Counted from the stretch's first letter, positions 55,936-63,648 are shown. The stretch is 64,000 nucleotides of DNA from a virus (IMGVR_UViG_3300048089_000093:21241-85240); one strand, 5' to 3'. Made by a program: numbers and translations. Notes: generated from the sequence alone by a model not told the origin.

Positions 55936-55998
55936 GTCCTGCTCCTTCGGAAATTTCCGATTAAACACGCAGGGCGGCTCGCACCGCCCCTCCTCTTT

Positions 55999-56199
55999 TC
56001 AGTGCAACACGCGATGGTCGTCGTGGATCTTCAGGATACGTCCCACGTCCGACCAGTCCGAATCGTCACTGATGTGATAGTGAACCAATCCACCGTGCAG
56101 ATGACACCGGTGAATCACCCCCTCCTGCAGCAGCGCCTCTGCCTGGTCATCTTCGAGCAGGCAGGGCACGCTGTCGTCTTCTAGCAACATTGCCGACAT
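55999..56199 (-). CDS. Hypothetical protein
   Basis: 66 aa, acidic and His-rich. Confidence 0.45.
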   Translation of the reverse strand: MSAMLLEDDSVPCLLEDDQAEALLQEGVIHRCHLHGGLVHYHISDDSDWSDVGRILKIHDDHRVLH

Positions 56200-56211
56200 T
56201 GCATTGCTGCC

Positions 56212-56490
56212 TTACTGCGCAGCGACGGTCGTCTTGCTGATGTGCACCCACGCCGGCCATTCAGCCTTCGCACTCGGCACGGATTTCTGCGTCGGTTGCA
56301 GCGCGACGACGGCTTCGCGCTGCACCGGGTTCATGGTCTGCCAGTTATCGACATAGCCAAGCACAGCGACGCCCGCGCCGGCATTGCCCGAATTGCGGGC
56401 GCCCGAGCCCGCGGTGCCGTTGCCGCTCGAACCCTGAGCGTGGGCGGCGGTGGAGAAGGCGATGACGAAAAGAATGATGACGGTCTTCAT
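56212..56490 (-). CDS. Secreted/periplasmic small protein
   Basis: AGGAG SD; Sec signal MKTVIILFVIAFSTAAHA followed by a Gly/Ser/Asn-rich linker. Confidence 0.6.
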   Translation of the reverse strand: MKTVIILFVIAFSTAAHAQGSSGNGTAGSGARNSGNAGAGVAVLGYVDNWQTMNPVQREAVVALQPTQKSVPSAKAEWPAWVHISKTTVAAQ

Positions 56491-56525
56491 TGTTATGCTC
56501 CTTGGGTACTGCGTTGGTGGGACTG

Positions 56526-56663
56526 CTAAGGGACTGCGAAAAGTACTGCAAGAACGACCAGTGCTATGGTCGAAAGCAGGGCCGCTATCGTGCGGCCCGG
56601 CCACCGGAATAATGACACGAGCACCAGCCCGAGAACTATTGGGTTAGTCACGAAGCGGATCAT
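56526..56663 (-). CDS. Small 2-TM membrane peptide
   Basis: GGAG SD; MIRFVTNPIVLGLVLVSLFRWPGRTIAALLSTIALVVLAVLFAVP. Confidence 0.45.
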   Translation of the reverse strand: MIRFVTNPIVLGLVLVSLFRWPGRTIAALLSTIALVVLAVLFAVP

Positions 56664-56786
56664 TGTGTCGGATCTCCGCGACAGTGACGAGGTAGTCCCC
56701 GAGCACGGCGATTGCGGCCAGCGCAAGGATGATGGTTGCTGTGGTGAGCATTCGGAAATTTCCGAAAGTGGTGAAGCGTTGGTGGG

Positions 56787-57188
56787 TTACTGCCCGATCT
56801 TCTCGACCAGCGCATCGGCCGCGCGCTGATACTGCGCCTGCTCCCAGTACTGGGTGCCGATCAGGTGTGCGAGCTGGTGCACGATCAGCTGCACAGCCGG
56901 ATCGTTACTGATCTCGTCCGTGCCCATGTTCTCAGCGCGGCACATGGCAACTGCGTCGGCCAGCGAGTTCACGATCGCGATCGGATTGCAGGCGCCCATC
57001 TGGATTGCCTGAGCAGCGCGGAAGCGGTTGCGTTCGATCGTTGCATGCACCGCTGCGTTGACGAACATCGTCGTGCACTTCTCATTAGCGCCGGCCGCGT
57101 CATCAGCCATGCAATCCCAGCTCTGCGTGGCGCCGAGGCTATCGTCAGCGGCGCGCAGTTTGAAGTGGACTCGGAAGTGTTTGTTCAT
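56787..57188 (-). CDS. Hypothetical protein (palindrome-associated)
   Basis: Palindrome+ACGGAG upstream. Confidence 0.68.
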   Translation of the reverse strand: MNKHFRVHFKLRAADDSLGATQSWDCMADDAAGANEKCTTMFVNAAVHATIERNRFRAAQAIQMGACNPIAIVNSLADAVAMCRAENMGTDEISNDPAVQLIVHQLAHLIGTQYWEQAQYQRAADALVEKIGQ

Positions 57189-57235
57189 GGTCAGGCTCCG
57201 TTCGGAAATTTCCGAAAAGTACTGCGGCTGGTGTG

Positions 57236-57267
57236 AAAAGCGCCGATCGTTTCGTGTCGATCGGCGC
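57236..57267 (-). terminator. Rho-independent terminator
   Basis: Minus strand GCGCCGATCG-acacgaaa-CGATCGGCGC-TTTT. Confidence 0.7.
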
Positions 57268-57310
57268 ACAGTTTATCAGATTGAAGCGGTAGAACAACGG
57301 CGGGTGAAAA

Positions 57311-58378
57311 CTACTCAGGCTTGATGTTTTTCAACATCTCCGAGTAGCTTCCCATCTCTTTCTGGGCAGTCTGCTCGGCTTCGGCCCGATTGCGTTCCTG
57401 CGCCTTCAGGCTTTCGTACGGTCTGGGGTTCCAGTCGCTCGTCTGCAACGGCGCTCTCGTCGCGCGCGGCGATTCGATTTCATCGCGCCTGATGGGCGCG
57501 CGTCGGCCGGGCGGCTGCATGTCGCGGAACTCTTTCTGGCGATTACCGTAACGAGTGGCCTCGTCGCGCCACTGGTCAGTCAGGCTTCGCCCCTTGTCCG
57601 TGTGCTTGATGATCGCGACCTGTGCCGAATGCGCGCCCCAAACCGCGCAGATGTGCTCGAACAGGCGCAGGCTGACGACTACCACGTCCTCCCGGTTGAC
57701 GGCGCGCTCACGTCGAATATGATCCCGGCTCTCGCGGAAAAATCGCTGGATCTGTCCGAGGTGTGACGACGGCGTCAGGTTGTACCCCTCGCTCATAAAG
57801 CTAAAGGCGCTCGCCCATGACACGTAGACAGATAGCCTGTCGGGCTGCTGCTCGTCTTCGGCCACGTAGAGCAGATACACGGTCTTGTCGTCCAGGATCA
57901 CAGCCCGATGAAACCGCTCCTCCTGACGCTGCTCCTGTGTCATGTGCACACGACTGGCCTTCACGCGATGGCTCGGGTCATCGACGGCCGGCTGAATGCT
58001 GCGCGGAACCTCGACACGATGCGGCTTCAGCCATGACGGTGCAGGCGAAATCGGAAATTTCCGAAAAATCGCCCACTCGTCGAGAGCGCGTGCCGTGGGC
58101 ATGTGCTCAAGACGGACTGGCGCGGAGAGCCAGTGTTTAACGACCGAGTGAGTGGTGAAGCGCAACGGCAGGCGCGCACGACCACCTCCAGCGACGAGCT
58201 TCGTATGCTCAGGCGCCAGATTCTGAAGCTGCGTGCTGTTCGCGCCGGTGAGCCCGATCAGCTTCACGAGGTCTGAGGCACACCACATCAAACCCAGCTC
58301 GTCGTCTACAACATAGCGCAAATGGCCGTGCGTCCTTGCAGTAGGGGCGGGTGGGCCATCGTACTTGAAAATTGTCAT
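57311..58378 (-). CDS. Bro-N-like DNA-binding protein
   Basis: LRYVV.......W.ASDL...IG.....  N-terminal pattern resembling Bro-N; start could extend to TTG 58405. Confidence 0.5.
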   Translation of the reverse strand: MTIFKYDGPPAPTARTHGHLRYVVDDELGLMWCASDLVKLIGLTGANSTQLQNLAPEHTKLVAGGGRARLPLRFTTHSVVKHWLSAPVRLEHMPTARALDEWAIFRKFPISPAPSWLKPHRVEVPRSIQPAVDDPSHRVKASRVHMTQEQRQEERFHRAVILDDKTVYLLYVAEDEQQPDRLSVYVSWASAFSFMSEGYNLTPSSHLGQIQRFFRESRDHIRRERAVNREDVVVVSLRLFEHICAVWGAHSAQVAIIKHTDKGRSLTDQWRDEATRYGNRQKEFRDMQPPGRRAPIRRDEIESPRATRAPLQTSDWNPRPYESLKAQERNRAEAEQTAQKEMGSYSEMLKNIKPE

Positions 58379-58510
58379 ATTAAAATCCAGAAGTTGCAGG
58401 GCCAAAATTCAAACTCCAAACCCTGGACAGCGCTAGGGAATTTGGACGAAGCCGGAAAATACAGGCAGCGTTCCTGGGAAGTTTGAATTTCCAGAGCGAA
58501 AGACAGTGCG

Positions 58511-58555
58511 TTCAATTATAAATTTAATCTTTTTTAAAAGATATTAAATATTGAA
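58511..58555. other. Extremely AT-rich imperfect palindrome (candidate DNA-unwinding element)
   Basis: TTCAATTATAAATTTAATCTTTTTTAAAAGATATTAAATATTGAA, 4 G/C in 45 nt. Confidence 0.7.
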
Positions 58556-58667
58556 CGTCAGTTTTCGGGTGCTGCGGAGTCGTGTTTCGCTGCGGATTCG
58601 GCTCGCTGCAAGTTTTCGGAAATTTCCGACGCTGTGAAATCGCTGAAAGCCATGCTGGGCGGCGGGT

Positions 58668-59063
58668 GCACAAGTCGCGGCAGGCTCCGCACAAGTCGCT
58701 GCGGCGTTGCTGAAAATGAGACAATTCTCGCTGTAAAAGGTATTGCTAGTGGCGGATGTGGTGTATTAGGTCGAAAATTTGCAACAATCGAACGTGTGTG
58801 CAAATGCGCTTTCGAACTATATATGTCACATTACTAGCAGGTCGCCTTGACTTGTGCGAAAAGCGGCCTGACTTGTGCGCAATTGCTAGTGCAAAAGCAC
58901 TGATTTTCCGCACAAGTCGACCCAAAATCCGCACAAGTCGCGGTTACAAACACCTTTCAAGGGTTGAATCTTCCACGTTTTCGGAAATTTCCGAACGAAT
59001 ATGCTCAGAAACTGCCGAAAACATCGGAAACGACTTGTGCACTTTCAATGCACAAGTCGTTTC
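58668..59063. repeat. Iteron-like GCACAAGTC(G) array, 8 copies
   Basis: Forward at 58668, 58689, 58910, 58931, 59050; reverse at 58849, 58870, 59031. Three pairs are spaced exactly 21 bp; the last two form a 15-bp inverted repeat (59027-59063). Confidence 0.9.
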
Positions 59064-59231
59064 TTCTCCTGACAAACGTCGGAAAAGAGAATTCTCCTCA
59101 CGCTGCGGAACACCAGATCACGCCCCACGCGAGACCCAGAATGAGGCCGGCCGTGCACGCTGCGACCACGCACAAATCGCCCCGTACGTACACCACAGCG
59201 AGCTTCGGAAATTTCCGAAACAGAACGCGCT

Positions 59232-59309
59232 TCACTGCGCATCTCCAGCCATTGCACGCGCCGCTACTTCGTCGCTGTTTTCCAGCGCATGAACCAGATC
59301 GTCAACCAT
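59232..59309 (-). CDS. 25-aa small ORF (palindrome-associated)
   Basis: Variant palindrome + AAGGAG + ATG; MVDDLVHALENSDEVAARAMAGDAQ. Confidence 0.45.
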   Translation of the reverse strand: MVDDLVHALENSDEVAARAMAGDAQ

Positions 59310-59361
59310 AAGGACTCCTTCGGAAATTTGCGAAAATGATGCACTCAGAAAGCGGGCGTGA

Positions 59362-59823
59362 TTAGTCCCCGCCAGGCAGATGACAGCACATGTACAGCGC
59401 TGCGGCGCGCTGCAATAACAGCGCGCGCCGATTGGTTTCAATCGAACGCTTGCCGCGCCGTGTAGTGACGCGCTGGCGGGTCGTTTCGTCGTCCGCACAC
59501 TGCGCCGCTTGTTCGAGTAATTCGGAAATTTCCGAATCGAATTCGTATCGGCCGCGCTCGCCAATCAACTCGTCAGTCAGCGCGTCGCGCATCTCTACAT
59601 ACGCTGCGCCTTTCGGAAATTTCCGAAAGATCGATAACGCCCGTTGACGATCGGCGCCGCGATAAATAGCGGACCATGCACCGTTACCCGTACGCCAGAA
59701 AGTGGCGTAACGCGCACGGTGCATATCGAACGGGCGTGGCGCGCCATACACTTTCGGGTATGCGCCGCCCACTTGCGAGCCAATGCGCGATAAGGCGCTT
59801 AGCTCTTTGTGCATGTCATCCAT
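59362..59823 (-). CDS. Possible hypothetical protein carrying two internal palindromes
   Basis: 153-aa ORF with atypical codon use; may not be real. Confidence 0.3.
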   Translation of the reverse strand: MDDMHKELSALSRIGSQVGGAYPKVYGAPRPFDMHRARYATFWRTGNGAWSAIYRGADRQRALSIFRKFPKGAAYVEMRDALTDELIGERGRYEFDSEISELLEQAAQCADDETTRQRVTTRRGKRSIETNRRALLLQRAAALYMCCHLPGGD

Positions 59824-59921
59824 GCGAACCCCCAAAAAGCACGATGGAACGCGTAAGCGCTCGCTACAGGCAAGCGCTTACGTGTGCGCACGCTTACGCA
59901 TGCGCGCACCGTACTAGATGC

Positions 59922-60665
59922 TTACGCGAGCGTTTCCAGCGTCGCGCGCAGCGTGTTGAGTTCGCCTGCCCATGCACCCAGGGTATCGGAACCCAGGGTA
60001 GCGGCGTTCGCTGCTGCATCGCTGATAGCGTTCGCGATGGTCGCCATACGCTCCAACGTTGCCGCGATATCGGCCGCGCGCGACGTTGCACCCGCTACCA
60101 GTTCCGCACGCGCCGCTTGCTCTGCATCCGGCGCGCCAGTAAGGCCCGCATTGCCCAGTGGTGCGGATTCGACCGGCGTTTTCTCTACTGCGGGCGCTTT
60201 GGGTTGCAGGGCATGGAGCGACGCAAACCCGCTCACGTTGCGCACGGCGTCCAAGTGCCCCGCTTCAATCGCTTTTGCGCACATGCGGAAAACTTTGAGC
60301 GCGTACTCACGGCGCGCGTCTTTCGAATCCGCCCAGGCGTCGCGCACGATACCGCGCGCGGACTCGTCACCAACGTGCAGATACAGCGCGACGGACGAGA
60401 GAAAGAAACGACCCTTCGACGACTCGTAAGCGTTACCGTCTGCAACGAAAATGTCACGCGCGGTCATATCGTCTTGGAACAGCGCGGCAACCTTGCCCAC
60501 GGGGGAAAGTGCGCTGTAGTGGGCGCGCGCGTCGCGGGGGAGTGCTGCGCGGACTTCAGCAATAACGGCGTGCTCTGCGGTAACAGCGTGCTGCGCGGCA
60601 ACCTTGCCGAAAGTGGCGAACACGTTATTGGACTTAGCGATAACAGCGGAAGAAAGAGCTTTCAT
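59922..60665 (-). CDS. Ala-rich hypothetical protein, first gene of the leftward region
   Basis: GAGGT SD; 247 aa. Confidence 0.65.
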   Translation of the reverse strand: MKALSSAVIAKSNNVFATFGKVAAQHAVTAEHAVIAEVRAALPRDARAHYSALSPVGKVAALFQDDMTARDIFVADGNAYESSKGRFFLSSVALYLHVGDESARGIVRDAWADSKDARREYALKVFRMCAKAIEAGHLDAVRNVSGFASLHALQPKAPAVEKTPVESAPLGNAGLTGAPDAEQAARAELVAGATSRAADIAATLERMATIANAISDAAANAATLGSDTLGAWAGELNTLRATLETLA

Positions 60666-60855
60666 GACATACCTCTTTGAGGGTAGCGAATCGTCGCTAG
60701 GCGTCGCGCCAGGTAGGGCGCTTACTTCAGATACAACGTACTACAGGACGAATAATACACGATAAATAGTGCTATTGATAATAACCCTACAATATCTAAG
60801 GCTATTTAATGCGGGGTATCGCACACTTCAGACAACACTCTTTCAACTACCTTAC

Positions 60856-60888
60856 ACACGACATTATAGAAGTAATGTCGTGTTGACA
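60856..60888. promoter_or_regulatory. 11-bp inverted repeat abutting a TTGACA box
   Basis: ACACGACATTA-tagaag-TAATGTCGTGT (60856-60883), TTGACA at 60883-60888. Confidence 0.6.
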
Positions 60889-61076
60889 TGCCAGAACTAA
60901 GGCGAGTGAATACTTAGCGCTTTGCGAGGGGGAGCGGGCAGACCATCGGAAAATTACGATGCAGGGGCGCTTACCTACCCTGGCGTTTTCTCCAGACCGC
61001 GCGCGAGGGGGCGTAACCACCCCCCACGAAAATTTTTGCTCTAGAAATTTCCCCTACCCTTACAAACCCCTTACGC

Positions 61077-61105
61077 TTGACATTCAGCCCCAATAAATCT
61101 ACCCT
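61077..61105 (+). promoter_or_regulatory. Sigma70-like promoter (predicted +1 at or near ATG 61112)
   Basis: TTGACA(61077-82)-17-TACCCT(61100-05). Confidence 0.55.
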
Positions 61106-61111
61106 CTCGCC

Positions 61112-61558
61112 ATGAAATTCAATGACGACAACCTTTTCGACGAAGAACCGACGCTGCACCGGGTCGATTCCCGCGCGCAGGACGTCATCAAGCAGATCGC
61201 GGACCTCAGCCCTGAGGACCAGCTGCTCGTGATGATGGCCGCGCGCGCGATGAACCCGGTGAGCGCGGAGGACATCGACCTCGAACAGGAGATCGCCGAG
61301 CAGCTCCGCGCGGCGCAGTACCTCATGACCGAGGTGCTGGTGAGCAAGGCCAACACGGCGAGCAAGACCGGCGCGCTCTCGGCGGTCTCGCGCGCGATCA
61401 AGCAGCTCACGGACCTGCAGGTGAAGACCTACAACATCAACCGCCTGCGCGCGCTGGAGAAGGCGCTGGTGACGACGCTGCACGGCCACGCTGACGGTGA
61501 GCAGCTGCTCGCGCAATGGCGCGAGACCTTTGAACGAATGAGAGCCTCGGGGGCATGA
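61112..61558 (+). CDS. Hypothetical helical protein
   Basis: 148 aa, strong GC3 codon use, no SD; function unknown. Confidence 0.7.
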   Translation: MKFNDDNLFDEEPTLHRVDSRAQDVIKQIADLSPEDQLLVMMAARAMNPVSAEDIDLEQEIAEQLRAAQYLMTEVLVSKANTASKTGALSAVSRAIKQLTDLQVKTYNINRLRALEKALVTTLHGHADGEQLLAQWRETFERMRASGA

Positions 61559-61586
61559 TGGAACTGACTGACAGCGAGATTCAGGC

Positions 61587-62375
61587 ATGACCTCAAACAC
61601 CAACAGGCTCGACGGAATGGATATGACAGATGAACTGATCAACCTACTACGCGAGATTCGCCCGAGCTTCAGCGATGTCGGCTCGCGCGATGTGGATACG
61701 CTCCGCAAGCAAAACCAGATTGACCGCGCGCTCGAACTGCTATCTGCAAGCAAGCCTGCCGTGATTGAAGGGTGGAGGCTGGTGCCGGTTGAGCCAACTA
61801 ACGCGATGACGTACGTAGGTCAGAAACACCGCTACGAACCCGTCTGGAGCATCGGGGCGATCTATCGCGCCATGCTCGCCGCATCCCCTGCCGCGCCAGC
61901 GCAATCGGGGGAGCCGATCTATCAGATTCGCGGCACGTTGCGAGAAGGTCATCCGTGGCACGACGTTGGAATAGAAGGCTTCAGGCAGGCTGAAAGTCGG
62001 CACAACTATGAGCGCCGCATCGTCTACGCCGCCCCTCAATCATCCCAGCCCGCGCCCTCTGCCGTGGTGCTGGACGATGAGCGGGCGGCGCTGATGTGCG
62101 AGCGCCTCCGGAGTATGGGGCTCGCGACATGCAACGAAGCAGCGGACATGGTTGAACAGCTTGTTCGCGCCGCACCTGCCCCCATCCTGAAGATTCAGGA
62201 GGCCATCGAAGCGGCGTTGGACGAACTGCCCGCCGGTGAGGTGGTGGCGTTCATCACCGGCTCGTTCGTCGGCCTGATCGAGGCACTTGCCAAGGTCAAC
62301 GATCACGACCCGAGCGTGGACATCAGGATCGACGGCGGCACGTCGCGCGACATCACGATTCACGCACCGAAATGA
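61587..62375 (+). CDS. Ead/Eaa-like mosaic phage protein
   Basis: GW.LVP.EPT..M ... YRAMLAA.P motif typical of lambdoid ea/ead-type modules. Confidence 0.55.
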   Translation: MTSNTNRLDGMDMTDELINLLREIRPSFSDVGSRDVDTLRKQNQIDRALELLSASKPAVIEGWRLVPVEPTNAMTYVGQKHRYEPVWSIGAIYRAMLAASPAAPAQSGEPIYQIRGTLREGHPWHDVGIEGFRQAESRHNYERRIVYAAPQSSQPAPSAVVLDDERAALMCERLRSMGLATCNEAADMVEQLVRAAPAPILKIQEAIEAALDELPAGEVVAFITGSFVGLIEALAKVNDHDPSVDIRIDGGTSRDITIHAPK

Positions 62376-62587
62376 CCGACCACACCCTGACCGGCGACCA
62401 GTCCACCCACATGCCGACGACAGCCAGCGAGTACATCGCGATGGGTCTGACGACGCCCGAGCAGGTGCAGCGTCACCGCGAGTGGATGGACGCCCAGCGA
62501 ACCGCCGAGCGCGTCGCCATCAACCACTACCGCATCCAGCTGGCGGGCTTCATCGCGCGCCTGCACAACACATGGCCGCACATATGA
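62372..62587 (+). CDS. Hypothetical protein
   Basis: Coupled ORF. Confidence 0.5.
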   Translation: MTDHTLTGDQSTHMPTTASEYIAMGLTTPEQVQRHREWMDAQRTAERVAINHYRIQLAGFIARLHNTWPHI

Positions 62588-63201
62588 TCAGCCACCCCTA
62601 CACCAGCGCTCAGCGCGGCACATGGTACCGCCACACCGCCAACGATCACACGCTCTGGTGGGATCAGCGCCCGCGCGCCCGATTCACTGACCCCAGCATG
62701 GAGCCGTGGACCGAGCACGAGCAGCCGGCGATCGTCCGCGCGCGCATCGCCGACGGTTGGATCACGGACAAGGTGCGCGGCGAGCCGTGGCTTCGAGCCG
62801 GCAACTTCGGCCGTGCCCCCGCGCTGGAGGCCGGCAGACCGAGCCCCGCGCACGCATGGATGATCATTTGTGCGTTCAGCTACCGCATAGTCGAGGGCGA
62901 CGCGTTGGCCTTACGCAGGGAGCTGATTGACGTCATGCGCAATGGCGATCACATCAGGCAGGTAATGCGTGGTGACGAGAAAGTGTTCGTCACCTACGAC
63001 GAGGCAGGTATCTCCGTCGCGAAGGAGCACCCGGACGGCACGATCGAGATCCTCGACTGCGCGGTGCTCCCGCAGAGCAAGCAGACCGGCTTCATATTTG
63101 ACAGCGGCCCGCGGCGCGCCTACATGATTGAGCCGTGCAAATGGCCGGGCGCGGCCCGTAACCCGGACAACTTCGGCTTTCCACCGATAGACACTGAATG
63201 A
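62584..63201 (+). CDS. Hypothetical protein
   Basis: ATG 62584 overlaps the upstream stop. Confidence 0.55.
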   Translation: MISHPYTSAQRGTWYRHTANDHTLWWDQRPRARFTDPSMEPWTEHEQPAIVRARIADGWITDKVRGEPWLRAGNFGRAPALEAGRPSPAHAWMIICAFSYRIVEGDALALRRELIDVMRNGDHIRQVMRGDEKVFVTYDEAGISVAKEHPDGTIEILDCAVLPQSKQTGFIFDSGPRRAYMIEPCKWPGAARNPDNFGFPPIDTE

Positions 63202-63536
63202 AACCGCGAGCAAAACGCCACTACCCTCCCCGCGCCGTCGGTGTCATTTCCGTACCGATCGCCCTCGTGCGCAGCGTCTCCGAGCGCACCGGCGTGCCGG
63301 AAGACACCGTGCGGCTGATCATCACGACCGCGCTCGAAGACATCAAGACGGCCGCGCGCACCACGCGCGTGTCGTTCCGCAACTTCGGCACGTTCCAGTC
63401 GACGACCTACAAGGGCACGACGCGGGCGATGCCGAGCGACCCGAGCACGCTGGTGACGTTCCCGACGCGGCGCCGCCTCGTGCTGAAGGCTGTGTCTGAA
63501 CCTGAGTCTGACGACCCCCAAAGGAGCCTGCTATGA
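63198..63536 (+). CDS. HU/IHF-like histone-like DNA-binding protein
   Basis: L...V.E.TG......V..II....E.I ... V.F.NFGTF ... P.......P.R...... Confidence 0.72.
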   Translation: MKPRAKRHYPPRAVGVISVPIALVRSVSERTGVPEDTVRLIITTALEDIKTAARTTRVSFRNFGTFQSTTYKGTTRAMPSDPSTLVTFPTRRRLVLKAVSEPESDDPQRSLL

Positions 63537-63648
63537 GACGATTCCCCCGCCCTTCCCGCGAAGACCGCTCGCTGGCGTTCTCCTACCACCACTTCATCCA
63601 CCGCAGTCGCGCGCGGGCGACTCTGTTCGCCTACACGGGGATCTGGCT

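Larger units (their letters stand above)
42156..59626. repeat. Dispersed 14-bp palindrome TCGGAAATTTCCGA, mostly fused to Shine-Dalgarno sites
   Basis: Exact copies start at 42156, 44080, 46641, 47030, 48098, 48389, 49660, 49920, 51167, 51491, 52585, 52913, 53700, 54362, 55148, 55518, 55947, 56752, 57202, 58051, 58616, 58981, 59205, 59522, 59613; one-mismatch copies at 45689 and 59320. Confidence 0.97.

Noticed and set aside
42156-59626. Palindrome array read as a CRISPR array or mini-array
   Set aside because: Repeats are only 14-19 bp, spacing is irregular (about 90 bp to 2 kb) and the intervening DNA is full protein-coding genes; no cas genes.
42156-59626. True integron with attC sites
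   Set aside because: No tyrosine integrase and no R''/L''-L'/R' attC structure; kept only as a functional analogy.
42156-59626. Match of the GGAAATTTCC core to the eukaryotic NF-kB site, or to LexA/parS boxes
   Set aside because: The NF-kB similarity is coincidental in a bacteriophage; the motif does not fit CTGT-N8-ACAG or the parS consensus I know.
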